Assembly: GCA_965285935.1 (NCBI GenBank)
Contig: OZ260663.1
Span: 66,898,001 to 66,962,000 of the forward strand
Length of the DNA: 64,000 nt
DNA from: Ophelia neglecta
Lineage: Eukaryota
Direction of reading: 5' to 3'
Position numbers and translations under genes: made by a program. Under the pieces are notes generated by a model. The model worked only from the letters and a program-made list of their open reading frames with translations, was not told the DNA's origin and did no database searches. Shown one piece after another: positions 49,698 to 62,830 of this stretch (positions within the stretch are counted from its first letter, which is position 1; each line of letters starts with the position of its first letter).

Positions 49698-52600
49698 AAG
49701 TTTCCATTGTTAATTTTGTAATAAAAATTTAAATGCAATCATCTGTTTGGAATTAGCAGGATTTTGGGGTTATTTTGGACGCTGGTGGGTTTGTATCCAC
49801 AGGAAGAGAATATTGTTATTATGCAAAGGTGCACACGTCTGGTGGTCGGCCAATTAGCACAAAAATACCATTAGAAGTGTGGGGCAGATGCCGTGTGGAG
49901 ATGTCGAGGCTTTCCGGCGGTTACGAGATGTCATCAAGTGAGGGGAGAGCACCCTCCTCCCCCTCTCTGGTCCTCTACCTCGCTCTCTTACACCACTCAC
50001 AGACCTTACCCCTCTCACGGAGTGCTCACCGGGGCTCATACTGACAAGCCCCTATGACTGTTGAACCTCCTCCAACAACTGGGGCAGTTTACAAGAAGAA
50101 ACAACAGGAAACATTGTATTTGAAGCCAAATGAGTTTCTTATAGAAATAGTTTCTTTCTTATGACAATAAGACAATGCACCCTTTCTTCCTCTGATTCTA
50201 CTAAGCAAATAATGAATTTGCAGTACTGTATTAATTGTTCTTAATTGGTCGGTGTATGCATTTGAAGTTATAATCTGATTTCAACTACAAATGTAAGCAG
50301 CAAATCGTTTATCCATGTTTACAGAATGCCCTGAAGCGGTCGGTAGCTTTACCAAGCCGTAATTGCATGCGACAAATTATTACAGTGTGTTAATTCCACT
50401 GTTAGTGGATGGTGCCCGAAAGTCAAGCCGATGGGACATATGGAGGTAGTGTTTCATGTTGTCATTAGCCTTAACCCGAAGGTGTCCAACCGTGCCAACT
50501 AATGACTGGTGCTCTCTTAGAAATTTTCAGGATCGCTGACTCCATTGGTCACAGGTATTGTTACTTTGATTGTGCATAATTTGGGTATTTTCGCTCCAAT
50601 TAAGTTGTTTTTGTTGCAGAGGAGAGCTCAGGGGCAAGGCAACCATCATCAAAGCAGACGACACGGTTGGTAGTCATTCACCCATCATGGCGCATGGACT
50701 GCTGGTGGCGGGAGCTTTAATAATGATGTAACCAACACTTCTTGCATGGCTGATTCAAATCTGAATTACCAAATATAAAATCTGTCATTGTATCTATATT
50801 CGGTAAATTTGGTTCATTAGAAGCCCTTCTCGACCTTTGTTGTGGCCTGTCCCTGTTGCCATGCAGTACCTCAGGAAGAACACCCTGGTAGAACATCGGC
50901 CCGTAGCTCTGTCGTGATTAACTGCCTCCAAGCATACCGTGACAAGGCGTCCACCCATTGCTCTTAGTATATTACAAGTAGTTGGTATTAAGTCATAAAT
51001 CAACGGGATGTGGTGTTATAAAGGATGACACTGTCTTTAACTTGTTATGTCTCAAGCTTTGTTGTCCAACCACGTTACACACCAGATGCGATGGGTGTGC
51101 ATTTTAACTGGGCCAGCTCGGTTTGATCACTCGACCAATTTGTCCCCCCGCCTCTGCTCATCCCCAGCCATCGAGACACACCCGCCACACAATGCCGGCC
51201 AGCGAGATGCCACAGGAGAACTCCTCCCCCTAACATGTTGTCCTATTGTCAACCAAGTGATTTATTTATCATATCAGACTTCCTCATTTTCGAGTTTAAA
51301 CAAAATGACAAAACTACTTTGCAGCCAACTTAGTATCATCTCGCCAGATGACTTACTGATCCGCTCGGCTAATTGGCATTCTAAATCAAATTTTCTGCCG
51401 AGGGTATCATATTATTCATATTATCGCTGGTATCAAAAGGTACCGGTTGAAAGTCGAATTCTTGTTAGTTATGATGTATTACCATCTAAGTGACTCTTTT
51501 CAATACAATCGCAACTCTCGCGGTCGAGACCTCGCTTGGAAAGATGGTGGGCCTAGCAATAAAATAATCCTTAGTAGTCTGTCATTTCGCTGTGATTTAA
51601 AGACAGTCTTATTAGGTTGATCATAATTAGGAGTCGGTGGACTATAGACCTCCAGTTATCTAAATAAATGAATGATTTTAGCGCTTATAATTCGCATCCT
51701 CGGTGATAATTGTGATAAATGCGACTCCCTTGGCGCTCAGCACTAATTCACGCTTGCATTCATCACACTGGTCAACACGCGAAAAGTTAGAAAACTCCTG
51801 AACTCGGTGGTTTGAAATAAATGATGAAGTGTGTTTGGGGAAAATTGAAGATTTTTTAGTTTTCTTTTGTTCTTTGTCTGTCCGGCTGTCGTCTGGTTGA
51901 CCAGGGGTCAACGCGCAGGCCAACCAGCCAAGCAGCGTCAACGATAAGCCATTGTGCGTGTCCAGTTGTCGTGGGTGCGGAACTGACCCTCGACTGGATC
52001 ACAACAGATCATAATAATCGGCTGGCCGCGATTAGATATGCATGGCTAAATATTCCATAGAGACATCGCTCAACCAGCATCACAATGCGATTATTCTCAG
52101 CCGTGATTAAAATATTCTTGAATGTGTCATAATCCATAAGTTTGACTCCCCGTTGTTCTTGATTCCTTTCACTTTTTATTGATTAGATTGATATTTTAAT
52201 ATCAACAGCATGCTAGCGAGACTTCCTAGCTATTAATTAAGTTTATAGAATATTTCCTGTATATGAAGCGTATCATAGATATATACCCTTTGTGAGAACA
52301 AGGGATTGAGTCAGTTCGAGACGCTAAATTGTGTGTCAGATCTGGCTAATGAAGAGATGACCAGATAGATGGACTAGACATTGTCTGGTTAGGTCTGGTT
52401 AGCTAACCGATCACTTCCTGCCAGACTGTCGTCTGCTGTGCAAACTTCCTGTCCTTCTCACTGGCACATCCCTTTTCGCGAAAGCCAGTTAGTAAATTAC
52501 AAGACAGAAGCCGGGCAAGCTTTCTTTGTCGAAGTCCATTTGGTAATGAACCGGTCATTTGTTAGCAAGTCAAAAGCAGTGTCACAATCAAGATATGTGT

Positions 52601-54029
52601 CACTCATTAAGCAATATAACTTTAATTATCGGCATGGCATGCATGGCGTCATTATGTCGTATTATTATACATTTAGGATTATTAGCTCTGTGCAGACTCT
52701 CAACGCATATTATTCAGCTAAAGTCAATAATCAAGCCAGAAAAGGTTACATTTTACCAATAGTTGTAATTTTTGATATATGAAAAGTACAGCGGGGATAG
52801 AAATTACAGATTTTACAGTGAAAACTGAATTCAACCAAGTTTTACAAGGAAGTCACTGTCCTTGCTTATCTGAGCTAGCTTATTTCATCTTTTTACAATG
52901 CCATGTCTGTCTGTTACAAGAATACCAATTATGTTCAGAACAGAATCTCAGAGGTGAATTCTGGCCCTATTCAACCCGACCCAATCACGGCTTGCAAAAA
53001 CAGTTTGGCGAGGGGCACACCAGTGTAGCCTGGCTCCGGTATCATTTGAGTTGGGGGTAAAATAATTAAGGAAGCTAGCTCAGACTAAAGCACCTTTCAA
53101 AGACAGGATAAGAGAGTGGCGAGGAGAGCAACAGAAGTGTAATCAAACTAGACACAAAATCCAATTATATTTCAGCGCTAGGGGGAAGGCAGGCACAAAG
53201 GGCAGGGTCCACAAGTGAAAGACGATCCAATTATCTTCACAACATGTTGGTCAATTGTATTAGCCATTTCTTTGTCGATCTAATTCCCCGTAAAAAGGCG
53301 GTTGGCGTGTTAGTGGGACATTGTTCTGAGAGGAAGAGGAGAAGAAGACTTTTTGCCCCCCTTCGCCTACTCTGTCTGTTGGAGTCTGCCGAGAGGCGGT
53401 TTGACGGGAGAGATTTCCCCATCTTTACTTCTCGCCGAGACTGGCACTCCTGACCAGCGGAGTGTGGCTGGCCGCCCATCCAGCCGGCAGCCTCCTCATC
53501 TGTATGCCGCTTCAGTCTGATTCATCTCAACCCATCAGAATTAAAGACATTAAAATTTGAATCTCCTGTATGGGCCGAGTCGTCCATCATTCGGCCAATT
53601 CCCCTTTATGACGTTTACTTGATGCACGGCTGTTTTGAAGGCGACTCTTGGGGGAGAATGAATCATGGCAGTTCCGGTTGTAGGCATCCTATGGAACGCA
53701 TACAAAACAATGGTCGGTATTGTTGTGGCTGGGGCCTGTCACCTCTGGGACGCTATCTCCTCACTGATACATCTTCAATGGGCTTGTAATGCCACTAAAC
53801 ACACCAGGTCGCCGTATATCTCCGAGTTGCCGTATTCAGCTTGCCCCCATTGATTGCTGCTTACCATATCGGACATTATATAGCCACCCTCAACCCATTT
53901 CTGTCGCTTCATTACATGCATCAAGTGACATGGGCCTCTATGGGACCGCCAGTTTGCCTTTTAACTAATTCACCCTAATCACGCCACCAAGTAATACGTT
54001 ATAACAACAAAGCCATACCACTTCCAATC

Positions 54030-54195
54030 AATTACAGCTCTCTACAACTCTCTACAAATTACAGACCTATACATCTCTCTACAAGTTACAGTTCTCTACA
54101 ACTCTGAGAAAGTTACAGTTCTCTACAACTCTGAGAAAGTTACAGTTCTCTACAACTCTCTACAAGTTACATTTCTCTACATCTTTCTACAAGTT
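54030..54195. repeat. 27-bp minisatellite, about 6 copies
   Basis: Unit aagttacagttctctacaactct(ctac/gaga). Confidence 0.85.
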
Positions 54196-56069
54196 GCGGG
54201 AGATCAGGGTACGCATATATAACATACAACCTAAATTACCATTATTCCTAATACACCTAATAAAGGATATTATTTTGCCAATTTAAAATCTGAACAGTCA
54301 AATCTGTCCAATATTTTAATGAAGTTCTAAGTCTACATTCAGGTTTGGCCCCTTAAAAACGGACAATAAGTTGATCATGTGTTTTATAAAAGGTACACCT
54401 GTCCAAAGCTTTTTGTTCAATAACCGTTAATAGAGGGGAGGTTCGTCAAACCGAATGTTTACTTATTGAATGTTCCTAAATTACTGTTTAAATAATGGTT
54501 ATCCATTGTACTTCTTCTCTGTTCTATAAAATAAAGGTGTTATTTATAATTGAATGTGTATGGTCATATGTATATACACATCGTTATATGTTGGGTATTT
54601 GATAGGAGTACCTACCAGCGCTAGGCTCCTGTGTCCATCAGAAGGCCAGCTCTCGAGTTTCTTTGTCGGTATTCGCTTGTTTTGAGAGACCCACTTCTCT
54701 TTTGACTGGTACTGAGAGCCTTTCAGTTGACTTTTGATCATTTGTATAAATGCATAGGCTATTCAATATGCAATTGTTCCCATGCATTACTGGGCTTTTA
54801 GTCATAAGTATTGCTTAATTGAAAATATTCGCCACTTGGTCGCGTTATTGAGTGATATTGCATTAATCTAGAATCGGGGATATCCAAGGGCTTAGGGCAT
54901 CATTCGCTACTATTTAGTAGAAATTACCTTTTAAGTGTGGAGATTGGCTGAATGGAATCAACAGTGCCCTGCCTGCGAGAGGAATGTAGCGGGTAGCGAT
55001 CAACCGAGGTCCCTTCTATCGATCTGTCCAAACTCTGTCAATACCACGCCAGCTAGCAGCAGCCAAACGCTAAATCTACGTGTGTTTAGTGCCATTTCTA
55101 GATGTGGCACTTTTCAAAATGTTCATCAGTTTTTCCTTCTATGCATTTTGCAGTTTGTAGATTTGCTATATCCTTATAGTAGGCCCCTATTATTACATTC
55201 AAAGTTGGGTCAGTTCCCACTGCTTGTCCATAAGATGTTTGCATGTACTAAGACTTCTAACAATACATCATGCATGCATGCATGCATATCATCCAAACTT
55301 CACTCGGTTAGACATTGTAGGCCTATCTTTGAAAACTTTTCAACCAAAAATGCTCCTTGGATTTTTGACTGATGCTTTAATCTAGTCAGATTGTGGCTTT
55401 TCTCGAAAAGCCTTTATTATTCCCCTTTGCGAATAATCATGACATTAATTAAATGCTTTCTGAGTATCTTTTCAACCTCGGTTTTTGTGACACTTCAGCG
55501 GCTTCCCACAGAAAGCCTGGGTATTCGATTGTTGCAGTATTGTAACTCACGTCAACAAAATATTTCAATATCCCTTCTGAACCATGATTGCTTCGTGGAG
55601 CTTTTTGTTGGGTTTTGAGAGTATTGTGGGGGTGCTTCCGGTTTTGTCGGCGGTCGTAGCAAAATTGAAAAATAATTAACTGTATGGTGGACTGGCGTTT
55701 GGCCTGAGAGCTGGCAGTATTACTGAAAAGTGATTGTTATTGAGGCTGCACGTGGTCGTTTGCAAAAGGTCCGATTGGGGTCCAAAGATTCGTTTGTTTT
55801 GGCCTTCGCAGAAGACATGATACATTGGCAAGTGACAATTCTACACGGGTGCTCTAACACGTGTCCCAGTGTTGTCATTGTCTCTGGCTTTTCATTCATT
55901 GCAGGACTCCGAGATCACTCAATCATTTGGCAAACAGATTACGCGAGGAGTAATCTTTACGGCCAGTAGATTAATGCCCTTCCCGCGCGTCTCACTGGTC
56001 GATGGCTTTCCAACAGGCTCGCAGACGACAGTGGTTGGCGCTGGGGGCCGGGCTCCACGACAGGGAAAC

Positions 56070-56280
56070 CTTCTCATTGGACGGCCAAAGCTCTACGCAG
56101 AAGATTAATCCCTTATTTGGCAAACTTGTTGAAATGGACAGTTTTGTGTCGTAATTTGCAGCGCCATGGGGAAGGTTATGGTGATGAATTGAAACTTAAC
56201 CGTGCTCACTTATCCATAGCACCTGACCAGTCAGAGAAGGATATTTAAGGCGGGCTGCATGGTTCCTGCAGCAAGTGTTC
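56070..56280 (+). promoter_or_regulatory. Putative scrt-B core/proximal promoter
   Basis: TATTTAA at 56242-56248, about 230 nt upstream of the ATG; inverted CCAAT (ATTGG) at about 56076; perfect CArG box CCTTATTTGG at 56111-56120. Confidence 0.5.
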
Positions 56281-56473
56281 TCTGTCTCAGCAGGCGTGTG
56301 GTAGCCAGAAGCGGACTCCTGTAGACGCGTGCAGGACAACAACAGACACGGATGAGGACCAAGCATTGCCGCTTCTCATGTGCAGAGGACATTCATTAGT
56401 AGCTGAAAGCATCTGTAGAACGCAGCACATTGCAACAGTCAGTCAAGGATATCACTTGGAGCAGTTTATCATC

Positions 56474-58011
56474 ATGCCGCGCTCGTTCTTGATAAAAAAG
56501 AAGGGAAAGTCTGAGAAGAGGATAGATGAGATCATTCGAGCGTTTGCTAAGAAGGATATTCACGACAATGATAGTCGACCCGTGGTGACCGAGCCTGTCA
56601 TCTCGGCCGTGGCGCCCTTTACTCCGGCGATGGTACAGCCCATTCAACCCCTAGCAGTCAGACTCTGTAACGGTAAGAACTTTTAATTGCTATGATTGTT
56701 AACTGATCTCGTTACTGGTAGGCCTATCTGCGTTTAAAACGAGGGAAAATATGTTATGATAGTCAACTAAAGGTTTGTTTAATTGGAAACTTAAGACAGC
56801 CAGCGTGCTTTGAATCATTTTTTTGTTCCTATTCATGTGTGATTAAATGGAGGAACCTATAGGGCCTACAATCATTTATTTTATGATGAAATGTGTAAGA
56901 TTTTGTAACGAAGTGTTTACCAACTATATATTTTTACTTCACTTAAAACAGTCGATGGACGATATCCGCTTTATTGCATTAATGCACATTTTTTTATACA
57001 AATATCATATCAAGTTGATCGGTGATTCCATTTACCAAAGCTTTCATTTTTTTTTTGCAAAAGAACAATGACTTATATGTCCTTGTATCTAATGTAGTTA
57101 CCTTCCCCTCAAAGACGGTCTAAAGTTTACATTGCGCATGCACGGGTTGTACTTTCCCCAAAAGAAAGTCAGAAATTGATATTTATCTTTGGTTTATTTC
57201 AGGCTACATTCATGACGTACTCTCGGCTTTTCCGTACTTTGAGCCCCGGGCCTACAGCACGTCGCCCATTAAGAAAGAAACTCCGGAGGAGGAGGCCCGT
57301 TACCGACATACCCCCTCCAGGGACCCCATTCCCGCCGAGAAGAGGGAAATCCCGAGTCCGACTAGTTCCACTCTCAGCTGCCGCTCGGACAAGTCGTCGG
57401 CCGTCGGCTCGCCTCTGTCGCCCTCGTCGACAGGGTCAGCCCGAAAACCGACCGGCTTTCAAGAGGGTATCACCGTCGGTTACACGTATGACGCTTTCTT
57501 CGTGAGCGATGGTCGCTCGCGGAAGCGGAACCCGCTGGGGCTCCCCGACCCCATCAGACAGCGCTACACGTGTAACGAGTGCGGCAAACACTACGCAACT
57601 TCCTCGAACCTCTCCCGACATAAACAAACCCACCGAAGTCTCGACTCACAGCAGGCCAAGAAATGTCCCCACTGCGGCAAAGTGTACGTCAGCATGCCCG
57701 CCCTCAGCATGCACATCCTCACCCACAACCTGAGACACGAGTGTGCAGCATGCGGCAAGTCCTTCTCTCGACCATGGCTTCTCCAGGGGCACATGAGGTC
57801 CCACTCGGGCGAAAAGCCCTACGGCTGTGCCCACTGCGGCAAAGCCTTCGCCGACCGCTCGAACCTCCGGGCTCACATGCAGACCCACTCCGCCTTCAAA
57901 CATTATAAGTGTAAGAGATGTGACAAATCGTTCGCCCTCAAGTCGTACCTTAACAAGCATTACGAGTCGGCGTGTCTCAAGGATGACGGGATCATCGACG
58001 TAGTGGCCTGA
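56474..58011 (+). CDS. scrt: Scratch-family zinc-finger repressor, paralog B; join(56474..56672,57203..58011), 335 aa
   Basis: [13 protein letters not shown] at ATG 56474 (A at -3). Donor AAC G|gtaaga and acceptor tttatttcag|GC TAC give LCNG/YIHD. Exon 2 is open through [17 protein letters not shown] and five Scratch-type fingers to TGA at 58011. 199+809=1008 nt. Confidence 0.96.
56673..57202 (+). other. Phase-1 GT-AG intron of scrt-B (530 nt)
   Basis: GTAAGA donor at 56673 and TTTATTTCAG acceptor ending at 57202; the join keeps the reading frame. Confidence 0.93.
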
Positions 58012-59960
58012 ACCAACATTTAATATATAAACTTGATTATTAAACCAGACAGAGGTTTATTTTTCTACTGACTGTGAGTTGTGACTGCGGTGTGTTGAAC
58101 TATTTGGCAAAATTCGAAGACAAAAAAGTTGAACAACTTTAATTGTGCAATATGGATTGTTCTAGTCAAATTAACCAACCAACATATTAATTATTAATAT
58201 GACAGAAAAGATGAGTTTTGTTAATCTCAGCTTGGGTGTGTATGAAAATATTTTTGTCTAATGGTTATTCCGATTCCAATAGCTATTTATGTCTAAACTG
58301 CTAATCGTTTACAGTCTTACATGTTTATCACTTACAAGACAAAGATGGAGCTTTCAAAAACCAAATAATTATCTCCCCTATTTATGCAAAATGTAATGCA
58401 ATGAGCCTTTTTGATCTGAAATTAATGAGGTACCGTAGATATTCATTGCAATGAGGCATCTGACCCATGTTCCGATTAGTTTTGTCATTCGGTTTATCAT
58501 GGCACGCCGATCATTGTGCGATGATTGTATTGCCGTTATCCATCATTAACTGTGGTGTGGAAAAGATCTCGACATCAGGTGTCTTTTGGGCCCTCGCGAC
58601 ATTATTGCCATAAATCGGGTGTGCTGATTGCCACAAATCGGCCAGCTGATGGCCACGTGGTGGTTGATGATACGACCCCTGCTTTGATTTGTGCGCCTGC
58701 TCGCTATGTGCCCTGTTAGATGTCACCTCTCTGGTCCTCGGCAACACAATGAATGAGGTTTAGTACAGCAGTTTGAACCAATTAGGGACCAAGCAAATGT
58801 ATCAACTGGTTGCTCTTTTAAGATGGGAGGTTTTGTGATGAATCACACGCTGATTGATGATGCTTATTAAAAGCGATGACAAATATTGCCTGGTGTAGGG
58901 AGCGAGAGACTGGCGGAGACCGAGGCAGAGAGGGGCCGCTGATAAAACTCACCTCTCCCCTCCTATCGTCTGTCTAATCTGGGCGAGACTTGCCAGATAT
59001 AAATGACGCCTGGGCCGTATTGGCCATACTCCGTTTGGTAGGCCCTCTTTTGGCTCATGTCGCCGGCCTCCATCGCTTCTTTGGCTTTCTCGTCACGCTA
59101 CTCAGCTCTCCGTTCTATTTCCAAAGGTCTATTTTGATGCGATAGATATAGACTCATTTGATTCCTAGTTGACCTATCGATCACGAAAATCCAAGAATAT
59201 AGAGCTCCTCAAATCTTTTGTTTTCCTCGTCAAAGGAACCGTTTTAAAGTCAAGGGCTGCTGCACACCCTAAAGAATGTTTCTTCCTCTGATTATTAATT
59301 ATGTAAAATACCCACAGAGTTTGTGGCCACTAGCTGAGCTTTAAGTCCAATTCGTTTGTAAAGTGCTCAAATCAATATTGTAGAAAGTTTTCAAAAGTGT
59401 GATTAGATGTTAAATTTCTATTATTACACGGTGTCCACAATTTAGGACCACACAATACTAGGTCTAAAATAGATTCACAGGCATAAGGGTAGCTAGGGCA
59501 ACGAAGAGAATCAAATGTCACGTATTGAGTCGGTTGATAATTATGATTAAGTAATTGTTGGGTTCACAGTGCATATAAAGTTTGAATTATATTTGATTAG
59601 CTTAATTATACATTGATTGTTTATGTGTTATATGTGATCATGTTTACTATTCACCATTATTTAATTCATTTACTTTAAAGATATACAAATCTAGTCACTT
59701 CATTGTTATGTTTTACAAGTACATTTTGCAGGTATTTATTCGGGTATTTGACATTGGACTCATCCATTTATTTATCAATTAATAAGCATTGTGCTAGTTT
59801 TCTAGCTACTTTTGCAAGAATTTAATATAGTTAATGTGCAATAATTGTGAATCGCATTGTAAAGAGCAATATTTCTAAAATATACCAATTATAATATATT
59901 TATATGACATGTGAGATATGTACATTGAAAGTTGATATTAAAACACTAGTCTTTTATGAA
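58012..59960 (+). other. Putative long 3' UTR of scrt-B
   Basis: AU-rich distal segment at about 59560-59950 with several TATTTAT elements and ATTAAA at 59937-59942 (alternative AATAAA at 60199-60204). The exact 3' end is unknown. Confidence 0.45.
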
Positions 59961-62503
59961 AAGTACTTAGTAGTCATCTTCCCTTCCATCTTTTTCTTTG
60001 AATTAACCAGAAAATTAATAATATTATTCCAGAATCAAATTAGATAATAATCAATGAACTTTTACGTGCCTATTTCCTTGTGCTGCACCGTCCCTTTTTG
60101 TTAATGACTTAAACTTATAATTAAGAATCAAAGTCCACAGATTAAATTGTGGAAAAAAACTTTACAACCAAAGATTGTTCAATTTTGATTCATTTCCCAA
60201 TAAAGCTGAATCGTTAATTACTTAATACTAGAATGAACTGCTTTGTTTGAGCCACGCTCCGTGGTGTGAAGTATTGACACAGTAAATACGAGCTGAGGAG
60301 GTGTTGAAACGCACACTTGTACAAGCTCAGAGATGAGCATTCCCTTGATGTTCGTGGGAGGTCCCCAATGGCAGATCGGCAAGTCAACAGCTTAGGGGTC
60401 AAATACAGAACACCATCAAAACCTGACATCAAGTACAGATTTATGTGATTGGTTATTATTGCTGCCGAACTAAACTTATTATTATGAATCACCAACGCCT
60501 GAATTTGAATGCCACCATTTCCCTCCGAAGACTCATCAGAGTATTCGGAAGCAGTCATAAACGTGGACCCGTCTGATTTGTCTTTAACATTTGCTTATCC
60601 AGTCACGAGGGATAACTATTGTTTATGTTTATAACCTGTCCCTCGCTGAACTTGTGTCTACATGTTGCTGATTAATAAATCAGTCATTATAAATCTCTGC
60701 TGAAATTGTCCAGTTAGTAGATCTTTCTCCACTGCTTGTCGTGAAATCCCACGAGAATGGAGACGTGTCTCTAACACGGCGTCAATGCTTAGCAGGAGGC
60801 GGTTAACAGCAGACGACACTCTTATTAAAGTGAAGTAGAGTGTTGTATTACGTTAACCAGGACTCTATGATGAGCCATCTGTTGACGAGTTTCCCTAGTC
60901 AAACTATTACCGTGATTACCCTCTACAGTCAACACTACCAGAGGCTAAAGTGGCCATTACGTGAGCAATTTACGATTAATTTCAATTTGTTGCCCAGTTT
61001 TTTCTTCTTAGTTGTTTTGTCAAGCCCGTAGAAAATCTTTGTGTATAAGCAGCACCTGCAAGCATTTCTGTTTTTTTTCTTGAGATATTTAGCTTACTCT
61101 AACTTTTATGAATTTATTGTTGCTGCAAATCCATCGAAGGCAAATCACAACGTCTTTGTTACAATCAAGCTGATTGATCCCTTTAAACATGAAAAATCAT
61201 TTCCGGTTCGCTTTTCAAATCTGACATTGATAACTCATAGGAATTTTACAGAAGGAAATGTGAATTTTAAACAAGGGCTCCTAGTTTTCCCTCGGGGTGG
61301 GAGAATGAGTCATTGTCCTCTAGAAGACAGGCTAATCGTTTTACATCTTCAATGTACTATCGCAATGCTCCATTCTTAGTTTTCAAACAATAGAAAACCC
61401 AATTAATGGTCACATGAGAGATTACTTCACCGCTTCACAATCAGTTCTCGTAAATAATGAGACTCAGCGAATGATTGCCAGGTCTCCAATGTTGTCCATC
61501 TGAATCATTTTTATTCGTTTCTTTCAACTTTGTAATCTAATATGGCATAGAATTCAGTAGATTCCCCAACAGTATTGTTCCAGTCACCTGCTTGATTAGG
61601 AACCCAATTGAAATGTGCATATTCAGATCATCTGGTGATTAGAGGCGCTGCGGGTTTAATACGAGTTTCTATCATTGGGTGACTAATGCAGGGATGGCCC
61701 GCCACAATCAACATGTATTTGACTCAATGTCACTGATTGGAATAAACCTCTAAATTGAAAATAAAGATCTCCTTGTAACATAATCTGTCTGGCAATTGCC
61801 AGTCGCCTAAGATAGCTTATGTCACAAATCCGAAAGGTTTTTACACTAACCGAGAAACGATACGAGACCAAATGAGGCAAGTAAATCGGAGTGGAACCTG
61901 CACCTAATTCATTACATAAATCCTTCTAACAAATTGGCCAAGGGAGAGGATTCGTCAGAAGACCAAAGCAATTTAGACTTAGTCCCTTATAGAGTATGTA
62001 GATTAAAAATAGGACTTCCGAGGACGAAATGACTAAAAACTGATAATTGGAGAGTATTCGTGTTGATTAAGTAGAAAGCTCATCCGCATAATCAACTGTC
62101 AGTCTCCTCTGTTTAGAAATTGTGTAAATAAAGAAGCAACATCCCGAAAAAGAAGCTTCATGAGACGATGGAGTTTTTTGGAACATATGTTAACTTCGTA
62201 TAGATATAGGGTTACTTCATTGAACTTTGGATATGTTTTGCTTAAATATAAGACATGTTATCCAGTTTGATACCAAGTTTGTGGATTAATGATTCAATGC
62301 AAATAATTACTGACATATTTCTATATCATATTGTTATCTATATCATAATCTGGGAATAGTATAGTCTTATACTCGTCTCTGGTATAATTGCACGAATTTA
62401 GCTTGGTAAACAAATATTGAATATGCTTATAAAAAGCCTATCTATTTTGGGTATTTGCTGCCAAATGGCCCCCAAGAGGAAGAGTGGGCAACTATCCGAC
62501 CAG

Positions 62504-62830
62504 AGGTCACCAGTGGAACACTGTGGAGAGCTCTTCAATTGTTTAGTGCATTGTTTATGAGTTGACCATTGAAAAGGCCGTAAACCTTAGTGGCTTTTTA
62601 TCAGTTGTCCGGCAGCCAGATGGCTCGGAAGAGGTCGGAAAATGACCTGTGACCTTGAACATGTCATGAACTGTCCCTGAAAAGTGTGACCTTTAACCGG
62701 GGGCCGTCTGGGTTCTCCACAATGTCCATTATTCGAGGGCGACATCTTCAGTTGGGTGTCGTCTGCACTGTGACCTTGTGATTTATGGTCAAGGGCACGT
62801 GTACAACATCGGTCAACTTTTTGTTGACCT
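62504..62830. promoter_or_regulatory. Cluster of nuclear-receptor half-sites, including a perfect DR1
   Basis: AGGTCA/TGACCT at 62504, 62643, 62650, 62687, 62771 and 62825; TGACCTgTGACCT at 62643-62655. Confidence 0.4.

Noticed and set aside
57176-57505. Arg/Pro-rich ORF, and the GTG start at 57502
   Set aside because: An alternative frame of, and an internal codon in, scrt-B exon 2.
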